In this document: positions 28,395 to 36,978 of the stretch, in pieces
How positions within the stretch are numbered: position 1 is the stretch's first letter
Layout of the letters: every line of letters starts with the position of its first letter
NCBI GenBank assembly: GCA_040290255.1
Contig: PSMU01000003.1
Coordinates: 1 to 64,000, forward strand
DNA: 64,000 nucleotides
Source of the DNA: Nitrososphaerota archaeon
GTDB taxonomy: Archaea > Thermoproteota > Nitrososphaeria > PSMU01
Direction: 5' to 3'
Translations under genes and position numbers: made by a program
Notes under the pieces: generated by a model
The model's database searches: none
What the model was told of the DNA's origin: nothing
The model's input: the letters and a program-made list of their open reading frames with translations, nothing else

Positions 28395-28671
28395 AGGAGC
28401 CTTCGCGCGCCGCTTAAGATAACCATGTTGCCCGGTTTGCCAATGACAAATATGGATTCCGGTTTCCCCGGAGACTCCAAAATGGCCATCGTTGGCAGAA
28501 GGAACTCCTAGGTGGTCAGGCAGAAGCCCGAGCAGGGCGTCGATGAGGAGCAGGAGGCGCCCAACCAGGATGGGTTCGTCCACCTACAGCTGCTGGACCG
28601 CAAGCATGTCGCCGCCCCGTATGCCTATTCGCTGGACCTCTACACCTTCGTCTTCCTGTTCCCGGCGGCGC

Positions 28672-29508
28672 TCACGGCGGCCTATGTTCTGATAAGTAGG
28701 AGGCCGCTGCCCGAGCCCTGGGCCCTGCCAAGAGCCTCCAGTAGAGCCTCCTCAGCAGCGCATAGCGAGCCGACTCGGCCACGTAGCTGCGAGGCGTGAA
28801 CCTCAGCTGAAACATGTGAAGGTAGCTCCTCCTCCGCCTAAGGCTAAGGTTAAGCAGAAGGCCCCTGAGCCCCACATAGGCCCTTAAGGGGGTGAAGAGA
28901 AGCCCCTCGATGAACCAGCCCAAGGGGCCTGGGCCGTTAAGCGACAGAGCCGTTCGCGACCTATGACCTGCCTCGAGGCGCGCATACTCCGCGGCGCCCT
29001 TGAGCAGGAGGGCCCTCGAGGCGTCCATGCGCACCAAGGGGTCCCCCTCGAGAAAGGTATGGCGAACGAACGAGGGCGCATCCATGGCCAGGCTCACCTC
29101 AACGCGGATGGGCAGCGTCCTATTGAGCGCCCTTAGCTGCACGAAGGCTCTGAGGAGCTCCCTTACGAGCCGGCCGGGGCGGGTGACTAGAAAGAGGTCA
29201 AGGTCCCCCTTGGGCCCCAGCACTCCATAAGTGACCGAGCCGGAGAGGCCGGCCATCACTATACCCCTGCTCGCGATCAGGTGGGCCAGGCGCGCGCTTA
29301 CCGCCCTCAGATAGCGCGCCCTTTCCCTCGCCCCCAGGGGCATAGAAGAGCCAGGAGCCGCGACAAGGCCCGGCTGCACTTCCCTCAGATAGGTGCCCAG
29401 CAGGCCCTCCACCGCCTCTTCGCCGAAGAGCTCGACGAGCAGGCGCCTGCTGACGGGCTGGCCCACGAGGCGCAGGAGGGCCCGCAGCAGCCTGGCCCTC
29501 TCCTCCAA
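28672..29508 (-). CDS. hypothetical protein with Pol-beta-type nucleotidyltransferase motif
   Basis: GLSGSVTYG....GDLDLFLVT (GS..DxD); TTG start after TTTTAAG. Confidence 0.65.
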   Translation of the reverse strand: MEERARLLRALLRLVGQPVSRRLLVELFGEEAVEGLLGTYLREVQPGLVAAPGSSMPLGARERARYLRAVSARLAHLIASRGIVMAGLSGSVTYGVLGPKGDLDLFLVTRPGRLVRELLRAFVQLRALNRTLPIRVEVSLAMDAPSFVRHTFLEGDPLVRMDASRALLLKGAAEYARLEAGHRSRTALSLNGPGPLGWFIEGLLFTPLRAYVGLRGLLLNLSLRRRRSYLHMFQLRFTPRSYVAESARYALLRRLYWRLLAGPRARAAASYLSEHRPP

Positions 29509-29531
29509 CGGCCATGATGCTTCAGGGCCTC

Positions 29532-30362
29532 TTAAAAGCCCTCCTGGCCAAGCACGCCCTGAAGCCACGGCAGGGCCTCGGTTATGAAGCTGGGGCCGTG
29601 GTGCGCCAGAAAGTCATAGGGGCCGGGCGTGACGTGGAGCCTGCCCTCCTTGAGCGCCCTGAGCTCGCCCCAGCCGCGGCCTTTGAGCCTCTGCAGGACG
29701 GCTGCCCGGTCCAAAGGCCTGAACATTTTGGGCTCGTAGACGATCACGTCGGGCTCCAGCTGCTTCACGAGCGAAAAATCCGGCTGGAGCCATTCGCTGG
29801 GCCTGTCGGCGAAGATGTTCCGCGCGCCGAGCAGCGCGAGCGCGTCGGTTATGTAGCTGTAGGCGCCGAAGGTGATGGGCCCGCCCAGGTCTATCTCGAC
29901 GTAGACACGAGCCTTCCTCGGCCCCTGCGCGAGGACGCGCGCCAAGGCCCCCAGGAGGCTCGCCTCCAGCTCCCTCGCCTGCTCGGGATAGCCGGCCACG
30001 AGCCCGGCCTCCGCGCAGCCCGCTATAAGCGAGGCGACCGTGGAAGGCAGGGGGATAGCATAGACGGGGAAGAGGCCCGAAAGCCTCTCCGCAAAGGGCC
30101 TCTGATAGCCGGTGGTGGTGAGCACCAGGTCGGGCCTGAGCGCCCGCAGCCGGTCCAAGTTGGTCGAGCTGTAGCTGCCCAGAATGGCCTTGCTGCGGGC
30201 CTCGGCGGGCCTCACGCAGAAGGCGCTCACGCCCATGACCTTTTCGCCCAGGCCCATGAGGAAGAGGCTCTCCGTTATGGCGGGGCTGAAGCTGACGAGC
30301 CTCTCACACCTATCGGGAAGCAGTAGCTCCTTGCCCAGGGCCTCGCAAAAGACGCGCCTCAC
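29532..30362 (-). CDS. helical-backbone metal/cobalamin-binding protein (BtuF-like), no signal peptide seen
   Basis: RLVSFSPAITESLF.MG, GVSAFC.RP, LRPDLV, HHGP. Confidence 0.85.
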   Translation of the reverse strand: MRRVFCEALGKELLLPDRCERLVSFSPAITESLFLMGLGEKVMGVSAFCVRPAEARSKAILGSYSSTNLDRLRALRPDLVLTTTGYQRPFAERLSGLFPVYAIPLPSTVASLIAGCAEAGLVAGYPEQARELEASLLGALARVLAQGPRKARVYVEIDLGGPITFGAYSYITDALALLGARNIFADRPSEWLQPDFSLVKQLEPDVIVYEPKMFRPLDRAAVLQRLKGRGWGELRALKEGRLHVTPGPYDFLAHHGPSFITEALPWLQGVLGQEGF

Positions 30363-30460
30363 CGCGCGGGCATGGGCTCAAGGCCTTTTTGGCTTAAGCG
30401 GAAGCAGATGCTAGCAAGGCGCACCTAGGGCTGAAGCCCCCAGGCCCTGCGCGCCGATGC

Positions 30461-31585
30461 CTAGCTGAGCCCGCGGCTTCTCCTCCAGGCCAGGTACTCC
30501 TGGGCGGAGAGCCTTTCCCTGGGCTCTCTATAAACGACCTTCGGGAAGCCCCTGATCTGGCCCGTGAAGACCATGGAGCCCAGCCCGCTGCCGTAGCCGC
30601 CAAAGCCCACCACCTCGCCCCTCTGCGGCATGCCGTGGAGAAAGAGCGAGGCCAGCGAGGCCCAGAGGGAGCCCGTGTAGAGGTTGCCTATCTTCCTGCC
30701 TATGAGCGTAGAAGGATAGACCTTCTTCCTGTAAAGCTCCTGAAACTCTGAGAGCTGCATCACCTGCTTCCTCTCCCTGCGCCAGGCCTCATAGAGCGCC
30801 TCATCCTTCAGCGCCTCCTCCGTGTGATGGTGCAGCGCCCCGGGCATGCGCTCGTGCGCATAAAGCGAGGCGAAGGCCCACTCGGCCATCTTGGCAAAGG
30901 GCATGTGGAAGACCATGTGATCCAGATGATCGAGCACGCTCGCCCGGCCATGCTTCCTCTTCCATAGCTCGATGGCCATCTTCATCGCGAAGATGTATCC
31001 CATGATCGAGAGCCGGCCGTCGACGATGGGCGTGAGCCTCATGGGCTTGAGGAAGTCATCCACGTCGGCGGTATAATAGCCCGGCCTGGCCAGCTCCAGC
31101 TCGAGCGGAGCGTCGGCCTCCAGCCTGAAGGCGACGGCGCCGGCGCCCTGAGTGAACTCGGCCGTTCCGCTTTCGCGCTCGTAGAGCGCCTCATCCACGC
31201 AGAGGATGGCCACGGGCCCTCCGCCCGCCTTCACCCTCTCGCTCGCAAAGAGGGCCCCATAGCAGCCCGATACGCAGGCGAACTTGAGCTCGACCGTGCC
31301 TACATGGTTGAGGCCAAGCCGCTCTAGGATCTTGGCCCCCATCGGTTTGGAGAGGTCGGGCGAGGACTCCGTCGCCACGAGCAGCAGCTCCGCGTCGCTG
31401 ATGTCCAGCTCCCTGAGGGCCTCCAGCCCCAGCTCCTCGAGACTCTTATCGTACAGCACCGTGATGCCCTCCATGCCCAGGCCCTCCACCACGTGCTGTG
31501 GGTCCACGCCCCTGAGCTGAGCCAGCTCCTCCGTCTTCACATAGTAAGGGCTGGGCAGCACGACGAGCCTTGATATGCCGGGCAC
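30461..31585 (-). CDS. hydroxymethylglutaryl-CoA synthase
   Basis: ATES..D.SKP, KFAC, E.TQGAGAVA, FHMPF.KM, GNLYTGS, GYGSG. Confidence 0.9.
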   Translation of the reverse strand: MPGISRLVVLPSPYYVKTEELAQLRGVDPQHVVEGLGMEGITVLYDKSLEELGLEALRELDISDAELLLVATESSPDLSKPMGAKILERLGLNHVGTVELKFACVSGCYGALFASERVKAGGGPVAILCVDEALYERESGTAEFTQGAGAVAFRLEADAPLELELARPGYYTADVDDFLKPMRLTPIVDGRLSIMGYIFAMKMAIELWKRKHGRASVLDHLDHMVFHMPFAKMAEWAFASLYAHERMPGALHHHTEEALKDEALYEAWRRERKQVMQLSEFQELYRKKVYPSTLIGRKIGNLYTGSLWASLASLFLHGMPQRGEVVGFGGYGSGLGSMVFTGQIRGFPKVVYREPRERLSAQEYLAWRRSRGLS

Positions 31586-31708
31586 GCGGGCGCCGAGGTG
31601 GCCGGCCTTTAAAGCTTGACCTCCCGGGGCCAATTGCCCGCGGGGGCTTCAGCAGATGTGGAATCGCCAACGCTTAAATCGCGTCCAGCAGGCTGCAGGC
31701 CCTGCGCC

Positions 31709-33271
31709 TTGGCGAACAGGGTCGTGGTCTTCACGGACCTGGAGAGCGTGCTCGTGCCCGAGCTCTGGCCCACCCTGGGGGCGGCGCTGCGGGTGCCGGA
31801 ATTTCAGCTCACTACGCGCGATGTGCAGAGCATCGAGGAGTTGATGGAAATCAGGCTAAGGTGCATAAAGGAGAGGGGCTTTAGGCTGCAGCAGCTCAAG
31901 GCACAGGCGGCCAAGCACGTCAGGCCCTATCCCGGCGCGGCCGAGTTGGTACAGGAGCTAAGGCGCAGGGGCGCCGAGCTCGTGGTCCTCTCGGATACGT
32001 TCGAGCAGCTCATGGAGCACGCGTTAAAGGAGCTGGGCCTCGGGAAGTATTACACGAACGCGCTGCTCGTGCACGAGGATGGCACGATCGAGGGCTTCGA
32101 CCTCAGGCTTCAGGGGGCCAAGCACAAGGTGGTGGAGACGCTGCAGGACGAAGCTGCCTTCAGCGTGGGAATAGGGGACTCGTTCAACGACCTGCAGATG
32201 CTGAGGTCCGTGGACCTCCCCATCCTCTTCAACCCCGCCGAGGCGATCAGGGATTATTTTAGGGGGGCGCCCATCTTCAGGAACCTCGCCGACCTAAAGC
32301 GCTTTCTGCTGGCCCTCCTCGAGGGCCTCTCATCCCCCGCGCGCGTGCTCGTGGCGGACAGGCTGGCCGAGCAGGGGCTTAGGCTGCTCAGGAAGGCCTT
32401 TCGAGTCGACGTGCTCCCCGGCCTCACGCATGAGGAGCTGCTGAAGCTCCTGGGCGAATATGATGCCGTCGTGGTGAGGGGGTCCGCCAAGCTGGATGCC
32501 GAGGCGCTCTCAAGGGCCAGAAGGCTGAAGGCCATCGCCAGGGCCGGCATAGGCCTCGATAACATAGATCTGAGCGAAGCCAAGGCCAGGGGAATCAGGG
32601 TGCTGTACGACCCTTATGGCAGCGTGATGAGCGTGGCCGAGCATACGATCCTGCTCATGCTGGCGCTCTCGAGAAATCTGGTGAGGGCCTCCAGCGCCCT
32701 GAAGGAAGGAAGGTGGGAGAAGGAGAGGTACGTGGGCAGGGAGCTATACGGCAAAACGCTGGCGATCGTGGGGCTGGGCAAGATAGGAGGGGAGGTGGCA
32801 AAGCGGGCCAGGGCCTTCGGCATGCGCGTGGTGGCCTATGACCCCTATGCGCCCCCTGAAAGGTTCTCGTCGCTGGGCGTCCTGAGGAAGGCGGAGCTCG
32901 CCGAGGCCCTGGCGGAGGCGGACTACATCAGCGTTCATACGCCCAAGGTGCCGGGGCTCATCGGCGAAAAGGAGCTGAGCTACGTAAAGCCGGGCGCCTT
33001 CCTCATCAACACCTCGAGGGGAGGGGTGGTCGACGAGCGGGCCCTTTATGAAGCCCTGAAGGGAGGCCGCCTGGCCGGCGCGGCGCTGGATGTCTTTGAG
33101 CAGGAGCCGCCCGGCGCCGCTGCCCTCGCGCTGCTCTCGCTGGACAGCGTCATCGCCACCCCCCACGTCGCCGGCTCGACGGCGGAGGCGCAGGAGAGGA
33201 TAAGCGCGTACATAGCCATCACGCTGTTGAGGTGCCTGCTGGGCGAGCGCGTCGAGAACGAGGCCGCATAG
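31709..33271 (+). CDS. serA: fusion of ThrH-type phosphoserine phosphatase (HAD) and D-3-phosphoglycerate dehydrogenase
   Basis: N-terminal DLESVLVPE.W..TTRD, LSDTF, GDSFND; C-terminal RAGIGLDNID, SVAEH, GLGKIG, INTSRG, DVFE.EP, TPH.AGST.EAQ. Confidence 0.9.
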   Translation: MANRVVVFTDLESVLVPELWPTLGAALRVPEFQLTTRDVQSIEELMEIRLRCIKERGFRLQQLKAQAAKHVRPYPGAAELVQELRRRGAELVVLSDTFEQLMEHALKELGLGKYYTNALLVHEDGTIEGFDLRLQGAKHKVVETLQDEAAFSVGIGDSFNDLQMLRSVDLPILFNPAEAIRDYFRGAPIFRNLADLKRFLLALLEGLSSPARVLVADRLAEQGLRLLRKAFRVDVLPGLTHEELLKLLGEYDAVVVRGSAKLDAEALSRARRLKAIARAGIGLDNIDLSEAKARGIRVLYDPYGSVMSVAEHTILLMLALSRNLVRASSALKEGRWEKERYVGRELYGKTLAIVGLGKIGGEVAKRARAFGMRVVAYDPYAPPERFSSLGVLRKAELAEALAEADYISVHTPKVPGLIGEKELSYVKPGAFLINTSRGGVVDERALYEALKGGRLAGAALDVFEQEPPGAAALALLSLDSVIATPHVAGSTAEAQERISAYIAITLLRCLLGERVENEAA

Positions 33272-33337
33272 GCCTCGCTTCGAGAGGAGGCTGCTCGGGG
33301 GCTTAAACTTATACGAAGCAGCATGCATTCACCTGCG

Positions 33338-34342
33338 ATGAAGGCGGCACTGCTGGAGGGCAAGGGCCTTGAATCGCTCTCCATAAAGGAGGTCTTGGCC
33401 CCCGAGCCGGGTCCCCATGACGTGCTGCTGAGGGTCACGCTGGCCGCGGTCAACCCCGTCGATTACTTCGTGATACAGGGAACAAGGGCGGTGGCGCGCC
33501 TTCCGCACGTGCCTGGGGCGGAGTTCACGGGCATCATAGAGAGGGTGGGCGAGCATGTGGAGGACTTTAAGCCGGGCCAGAGGGTCGCGGTGTACAACAG
33601 GCTGTATGATGGAACGTGCAATATCTGCCTGCGCGGCATGGAAATGCTCTGCCCGAGCGGGGGGATCATGGGGGTCGTGAGCTGGGGAGGCTTCTCCGAG
33701 CTGGTGCTCTTGCCCTCGAAGAACGTCCTGCCGCTGCCGGATAATGTCTCCGACGAGATGGCGGCCAGCCTCCCCGTGGCGGCGCTCACGCCCTATCATG
33801 CCCTTGTGAGGGCTGGCACCGCCGCCGGGGAAACGGTCTGCGTCGTGGGCGCGTCGGGGAACACGGGCATGTTTGCCGTGCAGCTGGCCAAGCTGATGGG
33901 CGCGAAGGTCATCGCCCTCTCCAGGAAGGCGTGGCTCAGGGAGCTGGGCGCCGATGCCGTGGTCCCTCCGGAGGGGGCCACGGACGAAGTGAGCAGGCTC
34001 ACGGATGGACGCATGGCCGACGTGGTCGTGGACCCCCTGGGCGCGAGGACCTTCGACGCCAGCCTTCAGCTGCTGGGCCTCACGGGCAGGTTCGTGACCT
34101 TCGGCGTGCTGACGGGCGCCGACGTCAGGGTTTCACTGGCCTCCCTTTACAACAGGCACCTCTCGCTGCTGGGCGTGACGGGGGGAACCAAGAAGGAGCT
34201 GGCCGAGCTCATCGCCATGGCCTCCGAGGGCAAGCTAAGGGTTAAGGTCTGGAGGATCTATCCGCTGGAGCAGATCAGGGCGGCCGTGGAGGCGCTCTTC
34301 GACGGCAACAGGAACGGCAGGGTGCTTGTCAAGGTCGGCTAG
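33338..34342 (+). CDS. zinc-binding MDR alcohol dehydrogenase/oxidoreductase
   Basis: NPVD, PGAE, DGTC..C......C, GASGNTG. Confidence 0.92.
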   Translation: MKAALLEGKGLESLSIKEVLAPEPGPHDVLLRVTLAAVNPVDYFVIQGTRAVARLPHVPGAEFTGIIERVGEHVEDFKPGQRVAVYNRLYDGTCNICLRGMEMLCPSGGIMGVVSWGGFSELVLLPSKNVLPLPDNVSDEMAASLPVAALTPYHALVRAGTAAGETVCVVGASGNTGMFAVQLAKLMGAKVIALSRKAWLRELGADAVVPPEGATDEVSRLTDGRMADVVVDPLGARTFDASLQLLGLTGRFVTFGVLTGADVRVSLASLYNRHLSLLGVTGGTKKELAELIAMASEGKLRVKVWRIYPLEQIRAAVEALFDGNRNGRVLVKVG

Positions 34343-34384
34343 CGCGCAGCCCCCCTGCGTCCGCATTAGGGCGTAAACGGCGTT

Positions 34385-34888
34385 TGCCGCGCAATGATGG
34401 AGGACGCAAGGGTTTCTCACGGCAGGAGGGCCTCGACGCGTCACGTTGCCGAAAACGGCCAGGTGTCGGGCAGGAGGCCAAGAGGTTGGCGGTGAGCTGG
34501 CCCCCACCTGAAGCCGTAGCCCCCTCAAGTTGCCGAGGCCAGGGCGTTAAGAGGCGCCTGCGTAATGTTGAGCGCGCTGACCGTGAGCTTGAGCTCCACG
34601 GCCCTTGAGCTATGCGCTCTCAGGCAAAGGATGGGAAAGGAGGGGCCCACCTGAAGGTTGCCGAGGCACAATGGGATGCTGCCGGCTATTTCGGGCGTGG
34701 AAAAGGAGGTCGGGATCCAAAAGTCTAGCCGAACGGAAAGGCCAAGGAGGGCGCCGCCGCAGATGGCCCTCCTGAGGCCCTGCGCGCTCACGCGAAGCTC
34801 TTGAGCGGCCGGTAGTGCTCGAGAACCGGCACGGCCAACAGCAGGGGACGGCCAGCGCGAGCAGCAGCGAAGACCGCTTCAAGGACAA
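34385..34888 (-). pseudogene. multiply frameshifted remnant of an anchored, possibly LEA_2/WHy-like protein
   Basis: Fragments in shifting frames: MSLKRSSLLLALAVP / LLLAVPVLEHY / AQELRVSAQGL..LSVRLDFW.PTSF..VELKLTVS / LGNLRGLRLQVG; TATA upstream. Family call and 3' end are tentative. Confidence 0.45.
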
Positions 34889-34891
34889 GGC

Positions 34892-35761
34892 CTATTGCGT
34901 TGTATCTTTAAGGCCCGCGCAGTGCCTGAGCCTCCCGTAGAGCCGCGCATAGGCCTCATCTATGGCCCTAGAGGGGATGCGTAGCCTGAGCCTCGCCAGC
35001 TCGCGCCCTGCCCGCCGCGGGTCCGAGGAAAAGGCTTCATCAAGATGGCTCAGGGCGCGCAGCAGCGATTTGCTCACCTCGCCCGCGAAGGGATTGAGTG
35101 ACCTGAGAGCAACATAAAGGCCGGGCTCCTCCTTGAGGAGGCCGAGCGCCAGCAGCGAGAGCTGCACAAATCTCGGACCGCCCACCTCTTCTGCTCTGGT
35201 CAAGAGTCCCCTTGCCACGGCGGCGAAGGAGGCGCAGGCCAAGAAGGGACCCCAGAGCGTCCTTGCCATAAGAAGGTCGTGCTGCCTTGCACGAAGCAGC
35301 AGCAGCCTGAACCCGGGGAAGAGCGCGCGGGCGGTCATCAGCTCCTCGGCCGGGCTCCTCACGCCCACCACGATCATCGCGCCCCTGTGCCCCAGCCTGG
35401 CCCCGGGCCCGAATAGAGGGTGCAGCGACAGCACCTTCAGCCCGCTCTTGGCCGCGGCCCTCAGCTGGTCGAGCATAAAGAGCTTGGCCGAGCAGATCTC
35501 CGCGAGAAGCTGGCCGGGCTTCATCGCGCTCGAATACTCGGCCAGCGCCTCCCTCATGGCCTGAGGTGGAACCGAGAGCAGGACCAGGTCATAGAGGGAT
35601 GGATGCGGGCGGCGCACTAGTTGTACGCCCAGCGCCCTGCTGGCCAGCCTTGCCCTGCGCCCATCCACATCGTATATGTGCACGCCGAAGCCCCTGCGCT
35701 TAAAGTAGCGCGTCATCCACATGCCCATCCTCCCCGACCCTCCTACGATCAGCACCTTCAT
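34892..35761 (-). CDS. tyrA: prephenate dehydrogenase
   Basis: GGSGRMG, EICSAK, SLHPLFGP, HD..MA; ATGA-coupled, last gene of the aro operon. Confidence 0.88.
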   Translation of the reverse strand: MKVLIVGGSGRMGMWMTRYFKRRGFGVHIYDVDGRRARLASRALGVQLVRRPHPSLYDLVLLSVPPQAMREALAEYSSAMKPGQLLAEICSAKLFMLDQLRAAAKSGLKVLSLHPLFGPGARLGHRGAMIVVGVRSPAEELMTARALFPGFRLLLLRARQHDLLMARTLWGPFLACASFAAVARGLLTRAEEVGGPRFVQLSLLALGLLKEEPGLYVALRSLNPFAGEVSKSLLRALSHLDEAFSSDPRRAGRELARLRLRIPSRAIDEAYARLYGRLRHCAGLKDTTQ

Positions 35762-36978
35762 GGCGTAGCGCCGTCGGCCTCCTCCCCGCTAAACCGACAA
35801 TACCTTGCTGGCCGCGGGGCCAGGGCCACGAAATCGCCATAGGGGCCATACGCGGTGCCTGGCACCATCATAACCGCCTTCGGCAGGAGCCTTGTCAGGG
35901 CCTTTGGGCCAAGGCCCCGCACCCTCACGAAGGCGCTAATGCCGCCCTCGGGCTCCAAGAAGTCCACGGGAAGGCCCCGCAGCAGGCCCAGGAGCGCGTC
36001 TAACGCCCGAAGGGCGGAGGCGGCGTCGATGCGCGCCCCTGCATTAGAGGGCAGGAAGAAGCCTCGTCCTAACAGCAGCGCCCTGAGCGCCCTGGCCCTG
36101 GCGGCCAGCCGCGGGGGCATGGCCAAGAAGGGCAGCGCAGGGCCCTGCGGCCCCAGGCGGGCTGAGGCGCAGATCATGCCTTCTGCCCCCACCTCCGCGA
36201 GGCTGATAAAGCGCCCCCTGACGAGGCCGGAGCGAGACTCATCGCTCAGCACGAGGGCCCTTCTGCTCGAGGCTAGGGAGGCCAGCTCGCCCAGCTCCCG
36301 GGCGGAGAAGACGCGCCCCGTTGGGTTCTGGGGGGAGCTCAGGACGATGAGCTTGGTGGCCGCGGAGGCCTGTGCCTGAATGCGCTGCAGGGGCAGGGCC
36401 CATCGCTCCTCCAGCGACGAGGGCGCTTCAACTATCCTGGCGCCCGCCAGCGTGGCCAGGCGCGCATAGAGCCCGATGGCAGGGCGGATGATGTGAGCCG
36501 TATCGCCGGGGCCTAGGCAGCTCAGGAAGGCTATGTGCAGGGCAAACCTGACGGAGGGCGCCGCGACGAGGTTGCTGGGCTTGGCCTCCAGGCCCTGTTC
36601 TGCCATGGCGGCGGCCACCTGGCGCTCGAGCGAGCCCCAGCTGAGCGGCGCGCGTGCATCTCGCACGCTTATGCTGGGCCAGAGGTCCAGCTCTGGGGCC
36701 GATGTGGGCTCAGGCGCATCGTGGCCCTGTCTTTGTAGGGCCTCCTCGAACAGGAGCGCCAGTAGCCTCAGCACGAACCGGCGTCGCAGGCGCAGGCGCC
36801 GGGCTTTCTTAAGGGCCAGGCTCAACAGATGGGCCTCCTGCTGGGGGTCGCTGAGCTCCAGGCCCCCCCACCTCTTGAGCTCCCCTATCCTTGCCGCGAG
36901 CTCCAGCCTTTCCGAGCAGAGCTCCAGAAGCTGCAGGGTGAGCCGCTCGACCTGCGCCCTCAGCTGCCCTATTCCCAT
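35758..36978 (-). CDS. chorismate mutase (AroQ) fused to a degenerate class I/II aminotransferase domain
   Basis: N-terminal LR..R..IG.LK..D..E..Q; SPQNPTG and LSDE present, PLP lysine motif absent. Confidence 0.85.
   Translation of the reverse strand: MGIGQLRAQVERLTLQLLELCSERLELAARIGELKRWGGLELSDPQQEAHLLSLALKKARRLRLRRRFVLRLLALLFEEALQRQGHDAPEPTSAPELDLWPSISVRDARAPLSWGSLERQVAAAMAEQGLEAKPSNLVAAPSVRFALHIAFLSCLGPGDTAHIIRPAIGLYARLATLAGARIVEAPSSLEERWALPLQRIQAQASAATKLIVLSSPQNPTGRVFSARELGELASLASSRRALVLSDESRSGLVRGRFISLAEVGAEGMICASARLGPQGPALPFLAMPPRLAARARALRALLLGRGFFLPSNAGARIDAASALRALDALLGLLRGLPVDFLEPEGGISAFVRVRGLGPKALTRLLPKAVMMVPGTAYGPYGDFVALAPRPARYCRFSGEEADGATP

Noticed and set aside
28425-28799. Plus-strand ORF with an in-frame TAG at 28509-28511
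   Set aside because: No recognisable motif and it overlaps a convergent gene; it cannot be supported as a gene or as read-through.
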